A stretch of DNA of 64,000 bases, from assembly GCA_036676395.1 (NCBI GenBank), contig JAKFCY010000002.1, forward strand, positions 1,568,001 through 1,632,000. The letters are read 5' to 3'. The notes under the pieces were generated by a model. That model was given only the letters and a program-made list of their open reading frames with translations. It was not told the origin of the DNA and searched no databases. Origin of the DNA: Bdellovibrio sp. Its GTDB lineage: Bacteria; Bdellovibrionota; Bdellovibrionia; Bdellovibrionales; Bdellovibrionaceae. The position numbers and the translations under genes were made by a program. Below, one piece after another: positions 47,782 to 57,315 of the stretch. Each line of letters opens with the position of its first letter. Positions within the stretch are counted from its first letter, which is position 1.

Positions 47782-50195
47782 TTTTTGAAACGTTCAGGAT
47801 TAATGGCTTTTAAAATTTCTTCGTTCGTCGCTGGCAACTCCATCAAAGGATATTTTCCTTTATACGGTGTTAACGTCTTAAGTGCATCGTGAATCGCTGT
47901 CCATACACTTAAACAAAGCAATAATGGCGGCTCGCCTGCCGCTTTGGTGCCGCGAACGTTGGGTTTGTTTTCATTATTATTTAACAAGCGCACATTAAAA
48001 ATTCTTGGCGTATCTTGAATATTCGGAATTTTATACGTACTTGGTGCATGTGATAATAAATAGCCGTTTTTATAAAATAGTTTTTCAGTCGTAACCCAGC
48101 CCATGCCTTGAATAAATGCGCCAGTTACTTGGCCTAAATCAAGCGCTTCATTAATTGGTCGGCCCAGATCCATAATAATATCAACACGAGTCACTTTAGC
48201 TTCGCCGGTGTCTCGATCAATACTGACTTCAGAGCAAGCGGCACCTTGGGTGAAATATAAAAAGGCTACACCTTTGCCCGTTAACTTATTAAAAAGTAAA
48301 CCTGGAAATCTATAATGCGCGTATTCGCTTAGTGAAATTCGATTATGATAGGCTTCAACGATTAACGAATGAAAGCTCATGCGCTTTTCTGGATTTTTTG
48401 TCGAGAAAACTTGGCCATCTTTAAAACTTACCCCGAAGTACTCAGCAATTCCCGAGCTCCATTCAGCGCCTTCGTTAGGATCATTCGTAAGTTTTGCTTC
48501 ATTCACTTCGACTTCGGGCTGAGTACCAAGACCTGCCGTGTGCCTTGCCCAGTGGCTTTCTGGAATATCAAAAAGTTTCAGGGCTAATTCACTCAAGCGC
48601 TGTTTAATTCTGCGAATTCCAATAAGTGCTGCTGCTCCGTTTAGATCTGTACCACTAGAAGCGGCCGTTGGTGAAGTGTTGGCATTTTTATCAGTTGATG
48701 TTGGCATCATGCGAACATCACTGCGCTGCAACCCTAATTCAGAAGCAACTAGTTCAGAAATGCGCGCGTTCACACCTTGGCCCATTTCAGTGGCCCCAGT
48801 TGAAACTTGCAATGTGCCATCACGGTGAATAATGACTAAAGCATTGGCTTGATTCAAAAATCTGGTCGTAAATGAAATACCAAATTTTACTGGCGTTAAT
48901 GACAACCCCTTCATCGGAAGTGATAAATCAGTTATAGCTTTTCGATTATGATCTTCGATTTCTTTACGACGTTTTAAATAATCACTTTCTTTTTCAAGAT
49001 CACTTAATAATCTAGGTAGGCAATTATTTTCAACGACTTGATCGTAGTGAGTCATGTTTCTGCCGTCACGGTCTTCGTAACAATTTAATTTTCTAATCTC
49101 TAAAGAGTCTTTTCCTAAGTAATGCGCGATTTCTTCGATGATTTTTTCAATCATCGCGACACCTTTGGGCCCGCCGAAACCACGAAATGCTGTGTGGGGA
49201 TGGTAATTCGTGCGGCAAACTTGGCCTACAACTCGCATATGCGGAATAAAATAAGCATTATCTGAATGAAGCATCGCGCGCTCCATAATTGATGTCGATA
49301 GATCAGCGTAAGCGCCGCCATCAGAATAAAGTTTGGCATCAAGAGCTGTGATGATACCCTCGTTATCAAAACCGACATTATAAAACACTTCAAACGGATT
49401 GCGTTTACCCGTCATGATCATGTCGTCATCTTTTGTCAGATTAATACGAGCGGCACAATTTAGTTTTTGCGCCACTAACGCTGCGTAGGCCGCAATCGGA
49501 GCAGCTTGGGATTCTTTACCACCAAAACCTCCGCCCATACGTTTTACAATGACGCTCACATCTTTAGAAGTAAGCCCAAGACCGTGCGAAACAACATGCT
49601 GACATTCAGTTGGATGTTGCGATGAAGAATGAATTTCAATCTGCCCGTCTTCTTTAGGGTATGCAACGGCCACATTACTTTCTAAATAGAAATGATCTGC
49701 TCCGCGGATAACTAGTGAATTTTCTAATTTATTGGGTGCAAGTTTTAATGCTTGTTCGACATCACCGCGTTCAATTTTTCTAGACCCTGCGATCCAAGAT
49801 TCTAATGAGATCGCATCTTGAATAGAAAGTACAGCAGGCTTTATTTCATAACTAATTTCAATTAAGGCTTTTGCCTCACAGGCAGCATCAATACTAGTTG
49901 CTGCGATAAGTGCGATCGCTTCGCCAACAAAATTCACTTCAACGTCAGCCAATAACGGCTGATCGCGAAAAATAGTTCCCCAAAGGTTTTCATGAAAGTC
50001 TTTACCTAAGAATATACCCTTTACGCCAGGATGTTTTAAAGCTTTATCAATATTGATCTTTTTAATTTTAGCTTTGGCGTGCGGACTAAATAACACTTCA
50101 ACATGTAATTCATTGGATAACTTTGGGCGATCATCAACGAATTCACTTTGGCCGGTTACATGGGTATGTGCCGAATCGTGAGGAAGATTACTCAT
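47763..50195 (-). CDS. xdhB: Xanthine dehydrogenase molybdopterin-binding subunit
   Basis: PHDSAHTHVTG, SSQHP, RMGGGFGGKESQ, AFRGFGGP, KFGISFT, TAASSGTDLNG, KAAGEPP. Confidence 0.96.
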   Translation of the reverse strand: MSNLPHDSAHTHVTGQSEFVDDRPKLSNELHVEVLFSPHAKAKIKKINIDKALKHPGVKGIFLGKDFHENLWGTIFRDQPLLADVEVNFVGEAIALIAATSIDAACEAKALIEISYEIKPAVLSIQDAISLESWIAGSRKIERGDVEQALKLAPNKLENSLVIRGADHFYLESNVAVAYPKEDGQIEIHSSSQHPTECQHVVSHGLGLTSKDVSVIVKRMGGGFGGKESQAAPIAAYAALVAQKLNCAARINLTKDDDMIMTGKRNPFEVFYNVGFDNEGIITALDAKLYSDGGAYADLSTSIMERAMLHSDNAYFIPHMRVVGQVCRTNYHPHTAFRGFGGPKGVAMIEKIIEEIAHYLGKDSLEIRKLNCYEDRDGRNMTHYDQVVENNCLPRLLSDLEKESDYLKRRKEIEDHNRKAITDLSLPMKGLSLTPVKFGISFTTRFLNQANALVIIHRDGTLQVSTGATEMGQGVNARISELVASELGLQRSDVRMMPTSTDKNANTSPTAASSGTDLNGAAALIGIRRIKQRLSELALKLFDIPESHWARHTAGLGTQPEVEVNEAKLTNDPNEGAEWSSGIAEYFGVSFKDGQVFSTKNPEKRMSFHSLIVEAYHNRISLSEYAHYRFPGLLFNKLTGKGVAFLYFTQGAACSEVSIDRDTGEAKVTRVDIIMDLGRPINEALDLGQVTGAFIQGMGWVTTEKLFYKNGYLLSHAPSTYKIPNIQDTPRIFNVRLLNNNENKPNVRGTKAAGEPPLLLCLSVWTAIHDALKTLTPYKGKYPLMELPATNEEILKAINPERFKKWSKLH

Positions 50196-51654
50196 GACTT
50201 GCCCCATTTTCGCGAAAGAATTTATTAAATAGATTTTCGGTCACGATATGGCGAAATGTATCCGATGCACGTAAATCACTTAATGGCGTAATTTCAGCAT
50301 GCAAATGATCTAAAGCTTTTTCTAACAAGGCTTGGTCGATTGTTGTGTTCGTTAAGCTTTTTTCAGTTTTATATAAACGTAGTGTCGTCGCAGCTACGCC
50401 GCCAACGGCGATTTTAATATCTTTGATTTTAGTTTTTTCTTTATCAGCCCATAATACACGAGCTGCAAAGTTAACCGCTGAAATATCTAAATCTTTACGC
50501 TGAGATATTTTATAAAGCGCTAAAGATTCATGTTTTTGCGGAATATCAAAATGCAAAGCTACGATGATCTCTTTCGAAGTCAGTGCGATTTTGCGATAAT
50601 CTAAAAAAAACGATTCTAATTTCACGAAACGTTTTTTAGTAGGACCATGAATTTCGACTTCAGTGTTCATCGTTAGCAAAAATGGCGGTGTATCAGCAAT
50701 TGGCGAAGCATTTGCCACGTTTCCGACTAAGGTAGCTAAGTTTTTAATTTGTGGCGATGCGAATAAATCTAAAAATCTGGCAAATTCAGGAATCAGATCT
50801 TTCACGTACAAACGCAAATCACTTAACGTAACACGGGCCCCAACCGACAAGCGCGTTTTCGATGTTTTTTCGATGTCATATAATTCGGGCACTAAATGTA
50901 AGCTTAGAGTCTGCGATAAACGCATTTTGCGTTTATTATGCACAACTCCCAGATCTGTGGCCGCAGCTACAATTTTAGCCGATTTGTTTTTACCTAAGAA
51001 ATTAACAGCATCTTTAATTTTAACAGGGGCAAAGAACGAAAATTTATCGCTAGTTAACACAATTGGTACTTTTAAATGAGCTGCCACATCTTTTTGCGAA
51101 GCAAGGCTTGAAAATCTTTTACTCACCGATTCAGATTCGCTCAAAGAAATGTTTTTCGCAGCATCAATAATGGGTTGATAACCGGTGCAGCGGCAAAGAT
51201 TACCTGTGGTCGCATTTTTAGCATCACAAGAAGTAATTTCTGTTTGTTTTTGGCAAAGTTTTTTCTCGACTAAACCAGTCAACGCCATCACAAAACCCGG
51301 AGTACAAAAGCCACACTGACTGCCATGGCAAGTCATCATCGCCTTTTGCACTGGCGTATGCTCTGGATTCGCCAAGGCATCAACTGTGACTAAATGTGAG
51401 CCATCCATCTGTGCAACTGTCGTCACACATGAATTAATCGGCAGAAAAATGTTTTTCTTTTTTCCAGACTGATAAGGGTAAAAACGCAGCACCGAGCAGG
51501 CGCCACAGTCGCCCTCAGCACAGACGATTTTTGTCCCCGTAAGATTCTTATGATAACGAAGATAATCTGAAAGCATCACGCCGGCCTGTTCGCCCGAAAT
51601 TTGATGTCTTTCACCATTAAGATAAAATAGGATGTAATTGCGTGTCTTCATCAA
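50188..51654 (-). CDS. xdhA: Xanthine dehydrogenase small (2Fe-2S/FAD) subunit
   Basis: GTKIVCAEGDCGAC, QCGFCTPG, GNLCRCTGY, ASPQIKNLATLVGNVANASP. Confidence 0.96.
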   Translation of the reverse strand: MMKTRNYILFYLNGERHQISGEQAGVMLSDYLRYHKNLTGTKIVCAEGDCGACSVLRFYPYQSGKKKNIFLPINSCVTTVAQMDGSHLVTVDALANPEHTPVQKAMMTCHGSQCGFCTPGFVMALTGLVEKKLCQKQTEITSCDAKNATTGNLCRCTGYQPIIDAAKNISLSESESVSKRFSSLASQKDVAAHLKVPIVLTSDKFSFFAPVKIKDAVNFLGKNKSAKIVAAATDLGVVHNKRKMRLSQTLSLHLVPELYDIEKTSKTRLSVGARVTLSDLRLYVKDLIPEFARFLDLFASPQIKNLATLVGNVANASPIADTPPFLLTMNTEVEIHGPTKKRFVKLESFFLDYRKIALTSKEIIVALHFDIPQKHESLALYKISQRKDLDISAVNFAARVLWADKEKTKIKDIKIAVGGVAATTLRLYKTEKSLTNTTIDQALLEKALDHLHAEITPLSDLRASDTFRHIVTENLFNKFFRENGASHE

Positions 51655-51716
51655 TCTTCATTGTTCCCTTAAAACGCTCTTGATCTAAAGATTTTTCTTT
51701 TGTAACGTAGTTCGTC

Positions 51717-52181
51717 ATGAACAATCAATATATGAAAAGAGCCATTGAGCTTTCAAAAAATAATATCGCCCACGGCGGCGGTCCCTTTGGCGCTGTCATT
51801 GTAAAAGATGGTAAAATTATCGGTGAAGGTTTTAACAAGGTCACCGCTAACAACGACCCCACAGCTCATGCTGAGGTTGAAGCCATCCGCGAAGCTTGTA
51901 AGAACATCAGCAACTTTGATTTAAACGGTGCCGAAATTTACACCAGCTGCGAACCCTGCCCGATGTGCTTATCGGCTATTTACTGGGCGCGCCTATCGAA
52001 AGTTTATTACGCCAATACAAAAAAAGATGCTGCAGATATCGAATTTGATGATGCTTTCATCTACACTGAAATTCCAAAACCGATTGAACAACGAAAAATT
52101 TCAATGGTTCAGATGATGCGCCCCGAAGCTTTAGAAGTTTTTAAAGCCTGGCAAACTTCAACAGTAAAAATTAAGTACTAG
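51717..52181 (+). CDS. guaD: Guanine deaminase (cytidine-deaminase-like nucleoside deaminase family)
   Basis: GGPFGA, NDPTAHAE, YTSCEPCPMC, FDDAFIY; divergent from xdhABC. Confidence 0.9.
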   Translation: MNNQYMKRAIELSKNNIAHGGGPFGAVIVKDGKIIGEGFNKVTANNDPTAHAEVEAIREACKNISNFDLNGAEIYTSCEPCPMCLSAIYWARLSKVYYANTKKDAADIEFDDAFIYTEIPKPIEQRKISMVQMMRPEALEVFKAWQTSTVKIKY

Positions 52182-52195
52182 GCATACGAATTGTA
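52180..52195 (+). promoter_or_regulatory. Sigma54-like -24/-12 element
   Basis: AGGCAT-ACGAA-TTGTA upstream of ATG 52234. Confidence 0.5.
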
Positions 52196-52233
52196 ACTTT
52201 GTTTTGGAACACGATTCCAATCGAGGTAAAACA

Positions 52234-52644
52234 ATGCACAATGCCCCAACTTTTAAACGACGCCTATTTTTGCAAAACATTTTCGGTTTTTCGATCCTTC
52301 TATCAGCTACGAGTCTGTCTGTTTTTACTGGCTGCTCAGGCAGCGGCAGTAGTTCTGATGACCCAAATTCAGCCTTAGACGATGGCGGAAGCTGTATCGT
52401 TAGCGGCACGCAAATCGAAATTCAAATGGTGCATACACCTAACCACACGTTACTCATTTCAAAAGATGACGTTAATGCTGGAGTTCAAAAAACATTTATT
52501 TTAGAAGACAACGGCTCTGGACACATTCACGCCGTAACACTTTCTTCAGCCGACTTTGCCACCTTACGAACTAATAGCGCCATTCAACTTATAAGCACAA
52601 CCGATGATGCCCATGCGCATGTTGTTGCCGTTGGCTGCGCCTAA
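52234..52644 (+). CDS. Tat-signal lipoprotein with His motifs
   Basis: FKRRLFL twin-Arg, FTGC lipobox, HTPNH, HIH, HAH motifs; GAGG SD. Confidence 0.75.
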   Translation: MHNAPTFKRRLFLQNIFGFSILLSATSLSVFTGCSGSGSSSDDPNSALDDGGSCIVSGTQIEIQMVHTPNHTLLISKDDVNAGVQKTFILEDNGSGHIHAVTLSSADFATLRTNSAIQLISTTDDAHAHVVAVGCA

Positions 52645-52650
52645 ATCTTG

Positions 52651-52666
52651 TGGCCGCCCACTTGCA
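52651..52666 (+). promoter_or_regulatory. Sigma54-like -24/-12 element
   Basis: TGGCCG-CCCAC-TTGCA upstream of ATG 52700. Confidence 0.65.
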
Positions 52667-52699
52667 TTTTTATTCACCGCTTAAGTCAAAGGAGGCTTT

Positions 52700-53278
52700 A
52701 TGGAACAAAACAAACCAAGTAACGCTACTACCGAAATAGATACCGCTGCAGAGCGTGCACGCGCCGCCGCAACAAACATCGCCACGACTGCGCCGGTCAC
52801 AGTGACCAACACCCCGAGTGTCGTTGTCGAAGGTGAAATTCGTCAGCTTTTAGAAGAATTTGCAGATTCAGTTCGCAGCGGAAAAATAGAAGATATTATG
52901 TCGTTTTATGATCCAAGTTTAGTCGCCTTCGATGTCGCCCCACCCCTACGCTTTACCAGTGCTACTGAATATAAAAAGAATTGGGAAACCATGTTCACAT
53001 CGGCCATGGAATTTCCAGTCACTTACGAATGGAGTGAAGAAAGAATTTTTGCTAGTGGTGAGATTGGTATTTTTCATTGTCTGATTCACACGGCAGGAAC
53101 ATTTAAAAATCCGCCAGAAGGCCAAGATAAAAATATGGACTGCTGGGGTCGCTACACGTGCGCCTTGAAAAAAACGAATAATCGCTGGCGCATTGTGCAC
53201 GAACACTTTTCAGTGCCCGTGGGTGAAGATGGCAAAGGTTTAATGAATTTGAAACCTGGCTTTCAGGCTTCTCATTAG
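52700..53278 (+). CDS. NTF2/SnoaL-like (YybH/DUF4440) protein
   Basis: IMSFY..VAFDVAPPL, RYTCAL...WRIVHEHFSVP. Confidence 0.9.
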   Translation: MEQNKPSNATTEIDTAAERARAAATNIATTAPVTVTNTPSVVVEGEIRQLLEEFADSVRSGKIEDIMSFYDPSLVAFDVAPPLRFTSATEYKKNWETMFTSAMEFPVTYEWSEERIFASGEIGIFHCLIHTAGTFKNPPEGQDKNMDCWGRYTCALKKTNNRWRIVHEHFSVPVGEDGKGLMNLKPGFQASH

Positions 53279-54711
53279 ATCGGTGAATTATTAGAGCATT
53301 GCATTTTACGAAACTGATCCATTTTTGAATAAATGAGGTCAGCCCATAATTCATTAATTCTAGAATTTAAGGCATCGCCTTTTAAACCCGTTTGTTTTTC
53401 AACAAGCTTTTTAAAAGGCATGTCGACATCGTGAAAATTTGAAACTTGCAAGATCGTCATTAAATCCTGACGAGAAACTAAATCTAAACGAGCTACGAAA
53501 TCACGGCGAGCTTGCTCTGTAACAGTTTTTAATCCAGGTAAGTCTTTATTAGGACCTTTTCCCGGCTGCGCTGTCAGGGTACAGTTATTATCAGCAAACA
53601 TATTTAAAGCTCTGTAAGCATTGTAGTCACCACGCGGATGATTTTTATTTTTAACAAACTTCAAATCGCGATTTCCAAATGCAGAACCTAAATCGTGGGT
53701 TCCGGCAATCGGTGAATTACAAAGTTTTTTAAGACCATCAGCAGATTTCACAACATTCGCCTCTTCACATAATAATACGTGCTGCGAACCACGTTCTTCC
53801 ACCGTATGAACCAGATTGATAAATAACGCTAACACCTGAATTTCGTGCTGCTGCAGAACTGATAATTTTTTGAAATTCGTAATGTATTCATCCCAGCGCC
53901 AAGGTGTGTTTACAAAACTTTTTCCAAGTTTTGGATTTGAAGTAAAAGCCTTCATGATACGTTTACCTTCAAACTTTCTCTCGATACTTGCACCCGGAAA
54001 AATATTTGTTTTAGCCACCGGAACTAGCTGCGGTTCTAAACCGTTCTTCCAAGGGTCGGTATCACAGCCAAAGCACACCACTTCATTCACCGGGTAATAA
54101 TTTTCAGACGGAAAGCCCATCATCCAAGCTAAGCGAGTAGCTACGCTACTGGTGTAAGCTTCGCGGTGACGCCATTCATTTAATTCTGATTGGTTTTTCA
54201 TGCCCTCTTCAGACACTTTAAAACGAACTTTTAAAACATCACCGATCATTGGTTTTACTTCGCCTTTTTTAGTCGTATAGGTGATCACGCTGCCATCCTT
54301 ACGAATCATAACATCTTCTTCAAGTTTTCCAGAAATCAATACATCTTTAATCATCGCAGCTTCTGGTGAAAGCTGGCCTTTATCAGACATCATTACATTT
54401 TTATCATCAGTTCTGACACAGCGAAATTTATTGCTTGAGCCATTTTGGTAGCGATAAAAATAGCGGCAAAACAAACGGCTTTGCGCCGTGATTTGAGGCT
54501 CACTGCTCTTAGCACCGGCAATGATTTCATCTGGTGTTTTTTTAGCTGGAGCAGGTAATAAAAAACGAGACTCACGCAAACAATTAATACGGTTAGCGTC
54601 TTTATTGCTGATAGGCTTTTCTAGATCGGCAAAAATTTCGCAGGCGGCAAAGCTAGTTTGAGCAAAGGCCGACGTCATTAATACCATAGCCAAAATACGA
54701 GATAATTTCAT
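53275..54711 (-). CDS. Secreted protein, atypical-kinase-like fold, possibly a pseudokinase
   Basis: Signal peptide from ATG 54711 (GGAG SD); GSSNKFRC, LKVR, REAYTSSVATRLAWMMGF, HDLGSAFG. Confidence 0.6.
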   Translation of the reverse strand: MKLSRILAMVLMTSAFAQTSFAACEIFADLEKPISNKDANRINCLRESRFLLPAPAKKTPDEIIAGAKSSEPQITAQSRLFCRYFYRYQNGSSNKFRCVRTDDKNVMMSDKGQLSPEAAMIKDVLISGKLEEDVMIRKDGSVITYTTKKGEVKPMIGDVLKVRFKVSEEGMKNQSELNEWRHREAYTSSVATRLAWMMGFPSENYYPVNEVVCFGCDTDPWKNGLEPQLVPVAKTNIFPGASIERKFEGKRIMKAFTSNPKLGKSFVNTPWRWDEYITNFKKLSVLQQHEIQVLALFINLVHTVEERGSQHVLLCEEANVVKSADGLKKLCNSPIAGTHDLGSAFGNRDLKFVKNKNHPRGDYNAYRALNMFADNNCTLTAQPGKGPNKDLPGLKTVTEQARRDFVARLDLVSRQDLMTILQVSNFHDVDMPFKKLVEKQTGLKGDALNSRINELWADLIYSKMDQFRKMQCSNNSPI

Positions 54712-54736
54712 AAGATTCTCCAACATGAATTAACCC

Positions 54737-54752
54737 AGCAACCAAGGTGCCA
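54737..54752 (-). promoter_or_regulatory. Sigma54 -24/-12 element (consensus match)
   Basis: TGGCAC-CTTGG-TTGCT. Confidence 0.75.
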
Positions 54753-54875
54753 CTTCAGCTGGTGTTTATTTGCCTTAGAGACCGCAAAAAATGCAAATAG
54801 GCTCCAGATATTGACAGCTTGTCGAATTTCTAAACAGCGAAAGTCGTCTCAAAATGACTATAACGAAAGCCTTCT

Positions 54876-54891
54876 TGGCACCTAGCTTGAA
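54876..54891 (+). promoter_or_regulatory. Sigma54-like -24/-12 element
   Basis: TGGCAC-CTAGC-TTGAA; first 8 nt identical to the divergent element. Confidence 0.6.
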
Positions 54892-54935
54892 GTTGTAACT
54901 CTCGGTTAAAAAGCCCTTTTTTTTGGAGATACAAA

Positions 54936-56414
54936 ATGACCCTACGTCAAACTTCGCTATTTTTTGTGGTTTTACCATCGTTTTTGGCAACACCTGTCTT
55001 TGCCTTGATGGATTTAAAAACTCCGCGCGGAAGCCAAACGATCAGCTATACGAAAAACGAAGTTTGCGTGATTCCCAGAAAATTTCCGAATATCGATGCT
55101 AAAAAGCAGAATCAATCAAATTATTCGAATAAGGATTTAGAGAGCGAATTAGAATTATGCCGCATGGATTTTTACGCTCAATCCCCGTTTACCAAAAACA
55201 CCGCTACGAGTTACGCGACAGGTTTATGCCCGAAATTACATAACACCAACCCAGGTCTTGAAATTTACGAAATTCAACAAGGTGATAATAAACAAGCTTT
55301 AGAAAATAGAATTTGCGATATGCCCTCAGACATGCGCGACGGCACTAAGCTTGCAAAATATAAATTAAGCACCAGCTGCAGTTACACGCCGTCAATTTTA
55401 GCTTATTATCATGTGTCTCGCATCATGGGAGACCTGTTGAAAGTTCCGCCCGTGGTGTTACGTACCATGGATGTTGAAACTTATAAAGCTGTGCCGGTAA
55501 AAGGTAAAAAAACTTTATCTAAAGGCGGCGTTATCGCTGCTACGTGGAAAAACGTGATCAACCAGTTAAATAACCCAACAACAGATAAACGTGGCCCTTA
55601 TTTATTTACTCATGATTACCAACAAACTTTCGGCGGCCTAATGAAAAATGCCAAAGGTGAAGCCGACTGGTCAGAAATTTCTAATCATGCCGGTGGCGAT
55701 CAAATGGCGCGCGGCAAAGCCTTTATGCAGGAACAAGTGTATTTAGATTTAATTAATCCAAATTTAACGTCTGAATTTATTGGCCAAAACTGGGATCAAA
55801 ACAATGCGCAACGCATGCGTTTAATGGGTGATGCCGCAGATATGTTAGTTTTAGATTTTATTTTACGCCAAGAAGATCGTTTTAATAATATCGCTTACAA
55901 ACTTGAAGTGTCAGGGCTTGTGAAAAATGCGCAAGGCCTGCTTGATATTAAATCTATCGATGTAAAAAAAGCTGATTCAGCTGAAGAGTTAGCCAAAGCC
56001 AATTTAGAGTTTAAAAATAAATATAATACAGACAGTTTCGCCATTCGCCGAATTATGCTTAAAGATAATGACTGTGGCGTGGCCGTCGAAGGCCCTGTAG
56101 CTCGCACAGGTATTGCTGAAAAATTAAAAATGTTAGAAAACATTCGTCATTTGAAAAAATCAACTTACAACCAGCTCTTACGTTTTAATTTATATTTATC
56201 AAGCGCAAGTTCTGCCAGTTACGCCAAAGATTTTTTCATTAAAGAAACGATGATGACAGATAAAGATTATAGTCAGTTTGTTTTAAACACGAAACGTTTA
56301 GCTGAGGGCTTAAAATCATTATGTAACGCAGGCCAATTACATTTAGATCTGCAATTAGAAACCCATTTCGGCGCAAGTTATAAAGCTGGCGCTCAAAACT
56401 GCTCCGTCGATTAA
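54936..56414 (+). CDS. Secreted atypical kinase-like protein (Fam20C/Four-jointed/PI4K-type motifs)
   Basis: Signal peptide; AKYK, [53 protein letters not shown]. Confidence 0.7.
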   Translation: [492 protein letters not shown]

Positions 56415-57181
56415 GCTGATTTTTTATTTTTTAATTCGTCGATATTAAGTCTGCGGCCCGAGCCTTCACCCGGATATTTTTTATGATTGGCTCCGGGATA
56501 AGCATAGCCGTTGATCAGCACCCTGCGCGGCGTAGCCGAAACATTCTTCGTGCTGGCATGAATAACATAAGGGTGAAATAAAACAATATCACCTGGTTGC
56601 ATTAATAATTCTTCAGCCCGCGAAATATCGACCACAGAATTAATATCTGCAATATTATTTAAACCCATATGATTTAATTTATTGCTGCCAGCAATGAACT
56701 TTACCGGGCCTTTATCAGCTGTCACTTCGTCAATGGCAATGAGAGTTTGCACATAACTTCCAAGTCCATTCACATCCGTCCAATCGCTGGTTCCATAACC
56801 GCGATGCTGGCTATCTTGGTGCCATTCAAATTCGATATCATCACCTGGCATTTTAAAATGTATTTGATTGATCAATTGATCCATCTCGATTGTGCCTAAA
56901 AGCTGGCTCACGGGTTCTAAAATACGAAGATCAGCACCAAAATCTAAAAGATCTTTTTCATGCGCCCCTGCCCACACCACTCGGTGCAACGCCTGGTTTT
57001 CGAAAACAAATTGCGAACCGTTAAAGACTTGAGATGTTGAATTTAATTTTTTACTAGATTGCAGCAGTCCTTCGGTCGCCGAAATCATTTGCGCTAAATC
57101 CTGCCTGCTAAATACTTTGGGTATTACAATAAAGCCACGTTCATAGAATTCTGCTATCTGTAGTTTCGAAAGTGTTACCAT
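56411..57181 (-). CDS. Phytanoyl-CoA dioxygenase (PhyH) family Fe/2OG oxygenase
   Basis: FYERGF, WHQD, IAIDEVT..GP, PGDIVLFH..HAS..N....RR. Confidence 0.92.
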   Translation of the reverse strand: MVTLSKLQIAEFYERGFIVIPKVFSRQDLAQMISATEGLLQSSKKLNSTSQVFNGSQFVFENQALHRVVWAGAHEKDLLDFGADLRILEPVSQLLGTIEMDQLINQIHFKMPGDDIEFEWHQDSQHRGYGTSDWTDVNGLGSYVQTLIAIDEVTADKGPVKFIAGSNKLNHMGLNNIADINSVVDISRAEELLMQPGDIVLFHPYVIHASTKNVSATPRRVLINGYAYPGANHKKYPGEGSGRRLNIDELKNKKSA

Positions 57182-57315
57182 GACATTATTTTCGCAAGTC
57201 TACAGATTTACAGAAAGTCTTGATTCATAAAACCTAGACAAAAGACTTTTAACTTAACCAGCAAAACGTTGGCCCACATCCATGTTAGCCAACATCCTTT
57301 CTCTTAATGTTCAAT

